From: Eledone cirrhosa
Lineage: Eukaryota
Length of the DNA: 64,000 nucleotides
Direction of reading: 5' to 3'
NCBI GenBank assembly: GCA_964016885.1
Contig: OZ024750.1
Span: 37,200,001 to 37,264,000, forward strand
Made by a program: the position numbers and the translations under genes. Under the pieces are notes generated by a model. The model was not told where the DNA came from. It did no database searches and was given only the letters and a program-made list of their open reading frames with translations. Position 1 is the first letter of the stretch. Every line of letters begins with the position of its first letter. This document shows positions 46,660 to 60,390 of this stretch, in pieces.

Positions 46660-46712
46660 CTATATATATATATATATATATATATATGTTTATATATATA
46701 TATGTTTATATA

Positions 46713-46749
<37 letters not shown>

Positions 46750-46802
46750 GTTTATATATATATGTACATATATATATATATATATATATGTTTATATATA
46801 TA

Positions 46803-46846
<44 letters not shown>

Positions 46847-47213
46847 TATATATATATATATATGTTTATATATATATATATGTTTATATATATATATATA
46901 TGTTTATATATATATATATATATGTTTATATATATATATATATGTTTATATATATATATATGTTTATATATATATATATATGTTTATATATATATATATG
47001 TACAAATATATATATATATATATATATATGTTTATATATATATATATATGTTTATATATATATATATGTTTATATATATATATATATGTTTATATATATA
47101 TATATATATGTTTATATATATATATATATGTTTATATATATATATATGTTTATATATATATATATATGTTTATATATATATATATGTACAAATATATATA
47201 TATATATATATAT

Positions 47214-47551
47214 GTAGATAAATCTACCAAGAGTTTACGGTAGTGTCCAATCCGTATGAAGAACTCAATGTATTCCGGATATCATGGAAAGAAGAGATGT
47301 AATGAAAAACCACTTTCGGTGAAAGATAAACGGTATACAGAGTCAAGATAAAATATTAAACAAATAATGAATAAACAATTCTTTATATTAAACAAAAAAA
47401 GTTCATTATTTAACGATCGTTTCTAGGATATATATGTATTATAATTGGTATGCATATTCAACAGATCTATGTACATATATCCTAGAAACGATCGTTAAAT
47501 AATGAACTTTTTTTGTTTAATATAAAGAATTGTTTATTCATTATTTGTTTA

Positions 47552-47560
<9 letters not shown>
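47214..47560. repeat. Family A 3'-end fold-back fragment
   Basis: 47214-47475 is antisense to about 633-893; the sequence turns at GTAC (47471) and re-reads sense through GAAACGATCGTT. No CTGAAGA half. Confidence 0.8.
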
Positions 47561-47602
<42 letters not shown>

Positions 47603-47641
47603 GATATTAATAAATGGAAACTATATTTATAAAACCATATT

Positions 47642-47706
47642 TATTTCATTATACATATTTCAGGGATACCACATTAAATTATGGTATGCCTTCATCAGAC
47701 AAAATA
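47642..47706 (-). ncRNA. Type I hammerhead ribozyme, family E
   Basis: Identical to 34841-34905. Confidence 0.8.
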
Positions 47707-47742
47707 CAATATATAACAGTTTTACAAATAGCTTTGACGTAC

Positions 47743-47802
<60 letters not shown>

Positions 47803-47805
47803 GTG

Positions 47806-48271
<466 letters not shown>

Positions 48272-48274
48272 CAC

Positions 48275-48410
<136 letters not shown>

Positions 48411-48440
48411 AGATCAAAAGATGGTTAAAGGAGTTCAATA

Positions 48441-48511
48441 TATTTTATTATGCGCATTTCAAAAACAAACATCATCAAACAATAATATTTGTGTTTTCAT
48501 CAGATAAAACA
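48441..48511 (-). ncRNA. Type I hammerhead ribozyme, family F (left arm of palindrome)
   Basis: Reverse complement of 48636-48706; palindrome centre TCAACA-TATATA-TGTTGA at about 48573. Confidence 0.82.
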
Positions 48512-48635
48512 GGAGAACATGATATGAAGGCTAAAAAAACACTTGTTGATAGTGCAGTTTTAAATCAACATATATATGTTGATTTAAAACTGCACTATCA
48601 ACAAGTGTTTTTTTAGCCTTCATATCATGTTCTCC

Positions 48636-48706
48636 TGTTTTATCTGATGAAAACACAAATATTATTGTTTGATGATGTTTGTTTTTGAAATGCGCATAAT
48701 AAAATA
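48636..48706 (+). ncRNA. Type I hammerhead ribozyme, family F (right arm of palindrome)
   Basis: TGTTTTAT-CTGATGA...GAAA-TGCGCA-TA-ATAAAATA. Confidence 0.82.
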
Positions 48707-48835
48707 TATTGAACTCCTTTAACCATCTTTTGATCTTATATTATGCATACTCCAGTCCCACAAACTGTAGAGTGCTTCTTATCCGATATCTGCATTGCTT
48801 TATTGTACTACAATAAAACTCACCTCCTACATATA

Positions 48836-48891
<56 letters not shown>

Positions 48892-48907
48892 CATATATAT
48901 AATATAC

Positions 48908-48941
<34 letters not shown>

Positions 48942-49000
48942 GTATATATATATGTATATATATATATATACACATATATATATATATGTATATATATATG

Positions 49001-49034
<34 letters not shown>

Positions 49035-49092
49035 CATATATATATGTGTATATATATATATATGTATATATATATGTGTATATATATATATG

Positions 49093-49125
<33 letters not shown>

Positions 49126-49155
49126 GTGTATATATATATTTATATGTATATATAT

Positions 49156-49235
<80 letters not shown>

Positions 49236-49241
49236 GTATAC

Positions 49242-49308
<67 letters not shown>

Positions 49309-49313
<5 letters not shown>

Positions 49314-49362
49314 GCAACTGGTGCGTGTGTTTTTTATTGGCAACATGACCCTCCCAAAGCAT

Positions 49363-49370
<8 letters not shown>
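49309..49370 (+). repeat. Isolated 3' tail of the family H element
   Basis: GAAAGCAACTGGTGCGTG...CATGACCCTCCCAAAG is antisense to about 30640-30698. Confidence 0.8.
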
Positions 49371-49397
<27 letters not shown>

Positions 49398-49550
49398 CAA
49401 GATGTATGGTAGGTCGTACGTGAATCGCGATGATCACGCCTGACCTACCAAATATGCGACGGTAGCTAGTTAAGCTCTATGCGTATAACTAGAGCAGAAA
49501 TATTAATGAAAAAGAACAAAGGAACTATTATGACATTATAACAAGTTTAT

Positions 49551-49597
49551 TGCCGACAGCCGTTTCGTCCGACCATATGGTGGGACTTTTCAAGGCA
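49551..49597 (-). ncRNA. Type I hammerhead ribozyme, family K (U3-A8 core variant)
   Basis: Minus strand: TGCC-TTGAAAA-GTCC C ACCATATGGT C GGAC-GAAA-CGGCTG-TC-GGCA. Confidence 0.8.
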
Positions 49598-50090
49598 TAT
49601 AACAGGTGATTGTAAGTTCATTATTTACATCAACGTTTTTCTCAAGATTAGCAGTTTGAAATTGTGGTATACATCAACAGCTCCGCTTGTATATTTGCGG
49701 TCTATATTCTAAGGGGGCTCTTTTATATTAGTTGTTGGAGTTGTAAAATGGATGGGTTATAGGGAGTTAAGAGAATTTGGAAAGGGCCTAAGAGTTAGGG
49801 ATTGAAGGTTAAAAATTAGAGAATTTATAAGTTACGCATTAAAAGTAAAAGACTTGGGATCTCGTAGAAGCACCTTAAAAAATCCCTCAATAAGTGCATA
49901 AAGCTTATAAGACCCAACAAACCTAACAAACCAGAAGAGATTAAGAGACTAAAAAAAATTTAAAAAATAAAAATATAAAGTTTCCTAAAAAATTCCTTCA
50001 AAAGAAAAAATTTTTTTCCAAGAGATCTCGTTAAAAAATTTCAGAAAATTTACGAAGATTCGATAATCTCTACTAAAGTTCTAAACTCAG

Positions 50091-50165
<75 letters not shown>

Positions 50166-50204
50166 GATATTAATAAATGGAAACTACATTTATAAAACCA
50201 TATT

Positions 50205-50265
50205 TATTTTATTATATATATTTCAACGGTACCAAAATTTTGGTACGCTCTCATCAGATAAAATA
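50205..50265 (-). ncRNA. Type I hammerhead ribozyme, family E variant
   Basis: Minus strand: TATTTTAT-CTGATGA-GAGC GTACCA AAATTT TGGTAC CGTT-GAAA-TATATA-TA-ATAAAATA. Confidence 0.75.
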
Positions 50266-50384
50266 CAAAATTTGTTTTTATAAATGGTGACATACCCAAG
50301 AAACCAGATTTAGGTTCAGTTTGGATATCCAAACTGAACCTGAACCGATAAGGTCTGGTTTCTTGGGTTACCTCCTTCACTTGA

Positions 50385-50620
50385 TATTTTTCTTTGACTA
50401 CAGCTATCTCCTTTTTCATGAGTTACCTCCCTAACAGTGACTTCAGTTATTTCTTTATTATGATTTGCTTCCCCGATCATGTCTTTTTCCTTTGTCTACA
50501 ATTATCTTCCTTCTTATGAGTTATCTCCCTCAGCATGACTTTTTCCCTCGTCTTCAATTATCTCCCTTTTTATGAGTTACCTCCCTTGCCATGACTTTCT
50601 CCCTTGTCTTCAATTATCTG
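50385..50620. repeat. Degenerate 55-60 bp tandem repeat
   Basis: Recurring ATGAGTTACCTCCC...ATGACTTT...TCTTCAATTATCT, about 4 copies. Confidence 0.6.
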
Positions 50621-51340
50621 GGCTTCTCCATTAAGCCATATGAGAAGACCAGGGGTTGGACATGGTTACCAGGGGCTATTTGAGGTGTATGCCGCCATGA
50701 GGAGCATTTTTAAAGCAGTGTGAACTCATCGTCACTGCCATCCCTCAGCCTAACAATCTTGTATGTAAATATATATAGTGCATATAAACATCTATGTATT
50801 GATAGGTGTGTATAAACTGGTGTTTATGTATATAGGTATATATATATACCATTATCAGTGTCTACAGTAACCTTTTTAAAAATGTGTCTGTTTGACTGAC
50901 TGTCTGTTGGTTTGACTGTCTGTCAGTCTGACTATCTGTCTCTGACTCTCTATGTGCAAGTCTGTCTGTCTGTCTGTCTGACTGCTTGCTGGAAGGAGTG
51001 TTTGGGGACTCTTCCGCCACGACCCTCAGAGGAATAGTTGTGCCAAGAAGAGGAGGAACAACAATCCTTCCCTTAATATTTATAAATCTACACATTATAT
51101 TTCAAGCGATCATCCACAGAAAACACTTTCGCAACGTTGCAATTTACAAATTATTCATCTGGTCCATAAATTAATTAGTCGAACACTTTAACCAGTAAAC
51201 TACCTACCTTTACCAGTTTAACGTACACCTGCTTAGAAGTTACCTTGGTCTGTCACGTGTCTTCTGACGTTGGGGGAAGAAAAAAAAGCCAGGAGGCAGG
51301 TAATTTGAAAAGGAGAGTAAAAGATTTGCATTATTTTTGA

Positions 51341-51517
51341 TGGCAGTATCGGTAGAGGGTCGGACGCCATGCTTTCCAGCATAGTTACGTCCCTTTACAA
51401 TCTGAGTTCAAATCCCGCCGAGGTTGACTTTGCCTTTCATCCTTACGGGGTCGATAAAATAAAGTACCAGTAATGCACTGGGTAATTGCTGGCCTTGTGC
51501 CTAAAGTAGAAACAATT
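51341..51517 (+). mobile_element. tRNA-derived SINE (octopus-type)
   Basis: A-box-like TGGCAG...GG, B-box GAGTTCAAATCC, then GAGGTTGACTTTGCCTTTCATCC..GGGGTCGATAAAATAAAGTACCAG. Confidence 0.8.
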
Positions 51518-51670
51518 ATTTTTGATATTTTCTCTTGCAAATATAAACTGAAATATATATTTGGAAGTGCCAGTTATAAATATACAACGTTCCCTTGTGC
51601 ACACACACACAAACACATACTGCATGTGTGTGTGTGTGTGTGTGTGTGGATGCTTTGTAATTACATTATT

Positions 51671-51862
51671 AGGGCGGTGGATTGGCAGTAACGGTAAGGG
51701 TCGGACGCCATGCTTTGAAGCATAGAGTTACTTCCCTTTGTGATCTGAGTTCAAATCTCGCCGCGGTTGACTTTGCCTTTCATCATTACGGGGTCGATAA
51801 AATAAAGTACCAGTAATGCACTGGGGTAATTGTTGGCTTTGTACCAAAAGTAGAAACAATTA
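51671..51862 (+). mobile_element. tRNA-derived SINE (octopus-type)
   Basis: Same motifs; starts GGCGGTGGATTGGCAG. Confidence 0.8.
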
Positions 51863-51883
51863 TTTGCACAGACCCACACACAC

Positions 51884-51979
<96 letters not shown>

Positions 51980-52102
51980 AAAGTTCTATTTAAAATTGTT
52001 GGGATACAACAAGTAAATATTTTATAACTGATATAAAGCACTCGACAAGTTTTTGGATATACGATATTAAATAAATGGAAACTATATTTATAAAACCATA
52101 TT

Positions 52103-52167
52103 TATTTCATTATACATATTTCAGGGATACCAAATTAAAATATGGTATGCCTTCATCAGACAAAATA
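52103..52167 (-). ncRNA. Type I hammerhead ribozyme, family E
   Basis: As 34841-34905; followed by an inverted partial copy at 52240-52304. Confidence 0.8.
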
Positions 52168-52543
52168 CAATATATAAACAGTTTTATAAATAATTTTGAC
52201 GTACCCTATTAGATGCAACCATTATTTTTGGAAGCTGTCTGAAATATGTATAATGAAATAAATATGGTTTTATAAATATAGTTTCCATTTATTTAATATC
52301 GTATATATATATATATATATATTGGTAAAAGGAAAAGAAAATGCTGACAAATTGTTCCCAGTGAAAAATAGTTTAATTAGGAATAAGTAAAAATTAGTAA
52401 TAAGTATTGGTCAGTATTCAGTTTTGGTTTTAAGTTTTTACCGGTTGCGATTTCTAATGTTTTTCAAAAATAATTTTGAGATAGAGCGCCCGTGATGTTT
52501 GCTCTAATCAATATATCATAACTCGTGTGTTACACCTCTATTC

Positions 52544-52592
<49 letters not shown>

Positions 52593-52612
52593 CATAATAA
52601 ACAACACAATAT

Positions 52613-52694
52613 AATTATTTCATTTCCGAAGGTTTCAAGAAACTAGATGATTCTCTGCAAGGAACTTCCAGTTCATTCGTCAGACAAAATAATT
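52613..52694 (-). ncRNA. Degenerate type I hammerhead, family M
   Basis: Minus strand: AATTATTTTGT-CTGACGA...GAAA-CCTTCGG-AA-ATGAAATAATT. Stem I has 11 bp, but U16.1 is replaced by A. Confidence 0.6.
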
Positions 52695-52912
52695 ATATTT
52701 TGATTGATTTTGAAAAAAGATATCTATTTAAAATTGAAAGAAAGGCTGAGTTAAAGGAAAGGAATATCTTATAATGGAAAAAATATACATACAAATACAC
52801 ATACATATAAACCCACATGCGCGTATCTATACATACATCTATATACACTTTTACATAGATACATAAGCACATACAAACATATACACACACTCACGCATAA
52901 ACACACACACAC

Positions 52913-52978
<66 letters not shown>

Positions 52979-52979
52979 G

Positions 52980-53076
52980 AGCTTCTACAGGACTAGAACT
53001 GTTTCATTCGTGAGAAATCATCAGGAGCTTCCTGGTGATTTCTCACGAATGAAACAGTTCTAGTCCTGTAGAAGCT
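52980..53076. ncRNA. Palindromic pair of family G hammerheads (52980-53029 minus, 53026-53076 plus)
   Basis: Plus copy AGCTTC-CTGGTGA-TTTC TCAC GAAT-GAAA-CAG..CTG-TA-GAAGCT (A6G). Minus copy has intact CTGATGA. Downstream tail TTACTGTGGTTACCTCCGATTCAACCCGGAATAAC is antisense to 28864-28898. Confidence 0.72.
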
Positions 53077-53154
53077 ATTTTATATTAAAACATTTATACT
53101 CTTTTAAATATATATATATATTTACTGTGGTTACCTCCGATTCAACCCGGAATA

Positions 53155-53189
<35 letters not shown>

Positions 53190-53340
53190 CCAAATTTTAG
53201 TATGGTTCGTTGATTACTCAATGAATACAATTTTACAATAGATTAGAAGCACTCAACAACCAAAGTTTTCCTGGAGTTTTCCTGCCAATACTGGAATTCA
53301 ATAATATTCATACCGTAGCGGTATGTCATATATCAAATCA

Positions 53341-53410
53341 TATATTTTGTCTGATGAGGACGTACTGAAAAAACAACACAGTACCTTTGAAATATATATA
53401 ATAAAGTATA
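53341..53410 (+). ncRNA. Type I hammerhead ribozyme, family E-related
   Basis: TATATTTTGT-CTGATGA-GGAC GTACTG...CAGTAC CTTT-GAAA-TATATA-TA-ATAAAGTATA. Confidence 0.75.
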
Positions 53411-53451
53411 TATTTTGATTATCAGAATATTTTTCATTTGTTAATATTTTG

Positions 53452-53497
<46 letters not shown>

Positions 53498-53609
53498 GTG
53501 TGCGTGTGTGTGTGTGTACATATATATATATGTATGTGTATATATAATTATATATATCTGTATGTATATGTATGTGTGTATATAATTGTATTTTATATGT
53601 TTATGTATG

Positions 53610-53643
<34 letters not shown>

Positions 53644-53879
53644 TATATAAATATATAATGTGTGTGTGTGTGTGTGTATGGTTTACATTTGTGTGTGTGT
53701 ATTTTTATTAAGGTGGTGACGTAACCTTTTGTAGATATGTGTATATATATAATAGCCTCAGAAACGGCTTGAGCTCTGCTGTAGGGGTCATACTTTTTCC
53801 TATATGTATATGTATGTATATATATATATATATATGTATATGTATGTATATGTATGTATATATGTGTATATTTGTATGG

Positions 53880-53943
<64 letters not shown>

Positions 53944-54194
53944 GTATATGTGTATGTGTATGCATAATTACATACAGTGATTTAATGCTTATTTTCATTG
54001 ATCATTAGCTCCAGGAACTTGTTGAGTGCTCTAAATCAGCTATAAACATTTATACCCTTTTCTAATTATTTATTTATTTATTATTTGTCGTATTCCCAAC
54101 TATTTGTTTACCCCTTTCAGCTTTTTATTTTTATATATATATAATATTTATGTATTTTCTTATATATATATATGTGTGTGTATATGTATGTATG

Positions 54195-54295
<101 letters not shown>

Positions 54296-54452
54296 ATGTG
54301 TGTATATATATATATATTTAAGAGTTAAACAAGGTTCAATGAATACATCTAAGAATGAGTTTTACACACATACATGTGTGTGTATGTATTTATATGTATG
54401 TGTGTGTGTATATGTATGTATATATGTGTGTATATATATATGTGTGTGTGTG

Positions 54453-54551
<99 letters not shown>

Positions 54552-55109
54552 ATGTGTATGTATGTGTATATGTATGTGTATGTGTGTGTGTATGTATTTA
54601 TTTTTATGTATGTATGTGTATGTGCAATTGTGTGTGTGCGTATGTAGGTGTGTGTACATATATCTATATTTGTGTATGCGTGTATATGTGTATATATGTG
54701 TGTATGTATGTGTGTGTATGTACGTGTGTATGATTATATGTATAATTATGTGTATGTATATATATATAGATGTATGTATATATATATATATATATATGTA
54801 TGTGTTTGTATATTTGTGTGTATGTATGGATATGTTGATATATATGTGTGTATATATGTATGATTGTGTGTATGTATGTATGTATGTGTATATATATATA
54901 TGTATGTGTATGTATGTATATATATATATATATATTATATATATATATATATATTATATATATATATATATTATATATATATACCTCTTATTGGCCTACT
55001 GGGGCAGAAATTGCTAAGGTCTTAATTATTTAAGTATTCACTGTCACATGTAAGTCTAAGTAGGAAGCCCAGTTCATCTGTGTCAACATCGCCTCACTCT
55101 ACCTCACTC

Positions 55110-55730
55110 TCACTGATTATTTTCCACACATTTTTCCACAGCAAAATCAATGTCAATGGATGGGTACAGAGATACTACATCCATACTGCGTATTATGCAG
55201 TTTGTTAAGTCTTTGTTGTTATTGCAGTCTGTTATTCTGCTGAGGAGGTCCTCTGTGTTGTCGAATACATCTGAGGACATCTTAATTATGGGGCGTATAA
55301 TCAGACAGAGGAAGTAGGAGATCCTGTAGTTACTAGCAATATTGGCTCCGTATACAGATCTTGTTGGTGGTCCTGTTATAGGGTCGTTAGTTGTTTTATG
55401 ATCTTTGCGGAGTCCATATAAGGGTGGTATGTCATTGTTAGAGGCTTGGAAACTATCGGCTGTGCGTCTATTTGGTTTTAGGATGTCGGTCCACATCATC
55501 ATGTGAGCATTGAGGATCTTTTCTCTTTCTTCATCTGTATGTGTTGCTGTTTCGCTCGAGTTGATGATGTGGGGTTGCATAGCCTTGATGTAGTTTGGCA
55601 TGATGTCTATTGACATCCTACCAGATTTATCTGTGGGTAGACACACTACCTCACCATCCCTTGTGCATTGCATGAGGCTAAGTAGGTCTTCTGCAGGTTT
55701 TCTTCCATGTTGTTGAATCTCTCAAATGTA
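55110..55730 (-). mobile_element. Penelope-like RT N-terminal fragment
   Basis: PTDKSGR, PPLYGLRKDHK, GPPTR, SMDVVSLYPSI. Confidence 0.8.
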
Positions 55731-55769
55731 TTTACAACAACAGGTATGATAGAGTAATTGTAACATTAT

Positions 55770-56134
55770 ATGGTGGGTTCAACCATTTCTATGGTTTTCC
55801 AGTTGTTCCTGGTATTCGCGGTGATTACGTTGCTAGAGCACCCGCAAAGAGTGAAAAACTGCGAATATTGAACGGGGTCCATAAAAATGCCTATAAACGT
55901 CAAAATATAATGTAAAATGTAATAAAAAAGTGGGGGGGCGTTATATGCGAAGGGGCGTCCAATAGACCGGCAAATACGGTATATCGTTATTAATAATTTA
56001 GCGTTAAAAAAATATATATTGTCACAAAAAAATCCATTAAAAAATCGCGGAAGATATTTATGATTCCGCGAATATGCAGTTCTAAGGAAAATTCCGCGAA
56101 TAACTGACACCACGAATGCCGGGGGTACACTGTA
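55770..56134. mobile_element. Probable Tc1/Tigger-like MITE remnant
   Basis: Right end GGGGGTACACTG+TA and scattered CGCGAA motifs; the left TIR is decayed. Confidence 0.4.
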
Positions 56135-56189
56135 TTACAATTTTATTTTACACAAAGAAAAACCCACACTGTATCGTCCTGTATCCTAA

Positions 56190-56292
56190 TTAATTGTTTC
56201 TACTTTAGGCACAAGGCCAGCAATTACCCAGTGCATTACTGGTACTTTATTTTATCGACCCCCGTAAGGATGAAAGGCTAAGTCAACCTCGT
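56190..56292 (-). mobile_element. SINE fragment
   Basis: Reverse complement of the SINE central and 3' part. Confidence 0.75.
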
Positions 56293-56340
56293 CCTGTATC
56301 CTAATTAATGTTTCCTTAATGCAATTATTATACAATATTA

Positions 56341-56547
56341 GAGGTGCAGTGTACTGGGGTCGGTAGAACGTTGGACAATGTGCCCTTTGACATACAGTTA
56401 CGGCTATTTACGTTCTGAGTTCAAATCCCAGTTTAGCTTTGCCTTTCAACCTTACGGGGGTCGATAAAATAAAGTACCAGTAACGTGATTTAATCGACTT
56501 ACCCTTCCCTTCAAATTGCTGGTTTTGTGCTAAATGTAGAAACAATT
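56341..56547 (+). mobile_element. tRNA-derived SINE (diverged)
   Basis: GAGTTCAAATCC...GCCTTTCA...GGGGTCGATAAAATAAAGTACCAG. Confidence 0.75.
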
Positions 56548-57444
56548 GAAATAAAATAACATATCTCGCATTTTATCCAAGCTGCACTTGTCCAACTTGA
56601 CAGCATAGTATTTGAGGTTTTACCTAGAAGCGGATCGAAAACAGCTGGGGCGGGTGGGGTTGGGGGAGGACAACAAGACAATGCGATAATAGGACAACAA
56701 GACAATGCGACAATAGGACAATAAGACAATTCAATATAGTATACTCGGCCGTTGGAGTTTGAGGAACTACAAAAGTTTTTCTCTGGTGACATTATTGCCG
56801 GCACATGTTCTCAAAAGATGAAAACACTGCAGTTTTTTTTGGTGCAGAGATGCAAAGAGAGAGGGAAACCTGATAGACGTACTCCCACAGATTTAACAAA
56901 AGCTTATTTAAACAGACTTGGGTGCGGTCAAATCGTGTTTTCTTGAATCAACATGTCAAATCGGTGAAGGACATCGGATATTGTAAACGAAAGAATTTGC
57001 AAATAATTAACTAAATATAATGAAGAAAAAAAAACCTCTTTGCTCTCTTTATTATGTAATAAACTTTGTTGTATCAACAGGATGTATATTTTGTCGTCGT
57101 CTTTACGAAGCACAGAATGTTTTACTTAATACCCTAAATACTTGAAGTGTATCATAGAAACTCTCTGACCTGTTACTAACAGCATTAAGATGTTCAAACC
57201 AAATACAGTAGCTCTCCTATTTTTTTCTAATAATGAGCCCCTCTCTCTCATTCTCTCGCTCATTATCTCTCTATCCCTTCTCTTTCTATCTATCTATCTC
57301 TCAAATAAACACATACCTCCTCTGTAACTTCTGTAAAGTTGCGACTAAGAAATTATGGCGGATATTAAAGCTGTTGAGTCCTCCTGAGTTGATGTATGTA
57401 TATATATATATATATATACTTTCACACACACACACAAACATACT

Positions 57445-57740
57445 CAGAGCTGTATGGGAGCCTCCCAAAAGTCAGCTCAAAAGTGACACAGAGGAGACTG
57501 AGGTTAGCTGGACATGTTCACCGACATCCAGAGTTGACATTGCACTCAGTGCTCTTGTGGGAGCCCCTACATGGACACACTGGAAGAGGAAGACCAAGGT
57601 TAACGTATGTTGATGCCCTAAGGACAGACACTGGTCTCTTGGAGACGCAGGACATGGCAGCGATAATGAGGGACAGAGAGACCGCTGGAGAGAACTCGTC
57701 CATGGATCTCGGGAATTTTACCCGCCCTAGAACATGTATC
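57445..57740 (+). mobile_element. RTE-clade LINE 3' fragment
   Basis: ELYGSLP...RRLRLAGHVHRH...LLWEP..G...[10 protein letters not shown]. Confidence 0.8.
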
Positions 57741-57789
57741 TATCTATCACCAAAATGGAACGCCTACTCTTCAAGTTCCTCTGCAAGAA

Positions 57790-58963
57790 ACAGGCTCCAT
57801 TGGTGAGGAGATCCATCTGCTGTCAACACCCTTGGGCTGGGCATGCCGTGGCTGATGATGCGAAAACACGCGCTGAGGCTACACCATCTCCAGGTATTCC
57901 TGACCGGTGAACCGGTATGGCTGTCGTTTGTGAGACGAGCTCTTCTACAACTTGTCTCACGAACAGAGCTGCAGTCCTGGGTCAAGCGAAGACTGAAAAT
58001 AGGCGCCTGGCACCTCGAGTGCCTTCAGGCGCTCACAGCCCTCTACCAAGCGGAAACGGCAATCAGCAGAGACTCCACTTCGATATTCTATAGGGGATTA
58101 GTGGACGATAAGTGCGACAACGTTCTCGGGGAAACTCTAGGTATTGAGGAGGACGAACTGACCAGTCTGTTCGGGAGGACTTTCCGTCCAGGGCCTATGG
58201 ATGACTTCCAGAGGTCTCTGGCCTGGCAGTGCTACCGAGGAGCTCTACCAGTTCGAGACAAAATCTACAGGCACGGACGCCCTGACAAAGATCCTGACAA
58301 AAGGACTAGTCCAAGATGCGAGCAGGACATCGAAACCGTTCGGCATGCAATTGTTCAGTGCCCAGGGGTAACCGGCCTGTGGAATTATGTCGAACAGCTA
58401 CTGTCACATGTGGGACGCATCCAATTGTCAGCCGAGTCCATCGTGAGGATCACACCGCCGCTTTCATTTAAGAATGAAGGAGAGGCGGTTTTCCTCTGTC
58501 TGGTGGCTATGGCGAAAGAGGACTAGATTTAAAGGGCAAACACCTTTCTCTCCGGACAACAACTCATCCCCTTCTTTAAGTACCACTTCAGAAGGAAGGT
58601 GAGAGTGGAGAGAGAGGTGCTACACCCCAGTAAATTCGCTGAAAGGTGGGTGAATGTGGCGAAAATGGCCCGAGTGAATGGGCCTTCTATGTATATAAAC
58701 CTGTAGGTTGAGGAAGATAAACAGAGGGAAGACGGGAACACCTACAAAACGTGTTCCTGGTGTTGAGGGTTGTTCTATCCACGGGGTGTAAAACAACCCC
58801 GCAGTAGCGTTACCCCTCCCCCCCCCCATAATGGGGATTTCATTTGTTTTATTTTTATATAGTTTATTGTTATTTATCATTGTTAAAGATTTTATGTAAA
58901 ACCCCCGCCGTCACGTCTTGTAATGTCCCAATTTTGTGCGGCCATGTGGCAAATAAAGAAAGA
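57790..58963 (+). mobile_element. Tx1/L1-clade LINE 3' fragment (degenerate)
   Basis: ORF 57843-58526 is homologous to the C-terminus of 61325-63934. 3' UTR ends AATAAAGAAAGA at a (CT)n tract. Confidence 0.85.
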
Positions 58964-59200
58964 TCTCTCTCTCTCACTCTCTCTCTCTCCCTCGAGAGAG
59001 AGAGGGGGGAGATGGCAATATGAATGGATCTGTTATTTTTCTCTAAAAATATTTTTTCAGATTCCGCCCATTCTTTCTTCTTCTGAAGGACTAGCGTCCG
59101 AAACGTTAATACCCCCTTCCTTCTATTTCAAGCATTAAACTAATATATTCCTTCCGATTGTGTTGTTATTTCTGTTTACCCATTGCGCGCACGCACACGC

Positions 59201-59236
<36 letters not shown>

Positions 59237-59432
59237 GAGAAAAGAGTAGGCGGAAAAAACAAAACATGATGAACTACTGTGGAGAGATATATATAATAGT
59301 TTCACGCTTAATATAGTAAGGAAAGTGTTTATGTTTTGGGCGTTAGTTCTTTATCAGGAAGTAGAATGGGAAATTAAAGAAGAAATAGAAAGATACAGGA
59401 GAGTGAGCAGGGGTATCACACACACGCACACG

Positions 59433-59483
<51 letters not shown>

Positions 59484-59714
59484 CATTGTGGGTCTGAACT
59501 AAGCTTTGTAGCGACTTAGTCCCTGTTTAAATCTGTAGGGTGTGATTTGAGGGACTTTGGCTACTATTTTTTTTTTGTAGATCGATTAACCACTTAATGA
59601 TTCCTTCGTTGGTTGTGTGTAATAACCAGTGGAATTTATATGTTTATGTTGTGGTTGTATGAGCCAAGGTTAACCCTGAGAAGATCTATCCCTGAGAAGA
59701 TCTATGACTTAACG

Positions 59715-59975
59715 CAGGGGGTCACCAACATTTCCGACCTCACGGACCCCTAAAGTCATAATTTTAAATCCCACGGACCTCTAATATGATTTTTCTTTTT
59801 ATAAAGATAAATTAATTTGTAAAATAATGATCAGAGAACTTCCATTTTATTAATATGAAATGCACAAACTTATAAATGCTTATTTAATCATAACAAAATC
59901 TTTAAAGTAAATAATGTCCACATTTTTCTGTGGACCACCAACATTTTCTCTCAGACCACCGGTTGGTGACCGTTG
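59715..59975. mobile_element. hAT/Charlie-like MITE
   Basis: Imperfect TIRs CAGGGGGTCACCAAC / GTTGGTGACCGTTG and internal CACGGACC motifs; no clear TSD. Confidence 0.6.
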
Positions 59976-60194
59976 ATCTAAAATATTCTCGCTATGATCA
60001 TCTCATCTTTTATTTCGGCATTGGCATTGACAGTATTACTGTCCAGTCAAGAAGTGAAGGGTCGTGTCAATGGCCCCTTTTAATGTCCCAGAGATTGGTG
60101 GGAGTAAGTGGGAGAAAGCTAGAAAGTATCCTTAAACAGTAGATCTAGTCTGAATTCCTGCAACAGAGTGGACACTTCTTAAGACAATTAAAGG

Positions 60195-60390
60195 ACCAGG
60201 AGGTGGTGTTAAACCAGGGAACAAACTATGTCTACCACTCAGGGGATGTTAAACCAGGTGACTAATTTATTCTACCAGCCAGGAATTGGTGTTAAACAAG
60301 GGGACTAATTAAGTCTACCAGCCAGGAACTGGTGTTAACCCAGGGGACTAATCAAGTTTACTAAACTAGGTGATGAATTAATTCTACCAC
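60195..60390. repeat. About 42-bp minisatellite
   Basis: GGTGTTAAACCAGGGGACTAAT..AGTCTACCAGCCAGGAA, about 5 copies. Confidence 0.7.

Noticed and set aside
59083-59109. Hammerhead-like CTGAA-GGAC TAGC GTCC-GAAACGTT
   Set aside because: The core lacks 2 nt and no stem I pairing is evident; probably a decayed pLTR, so not counted.
59320-59365. Minus-strand CTGATAA...CCAAAAC resembling a pLTR hammerhead
   Set aside because: No GAAA and no stems; too degenerate.
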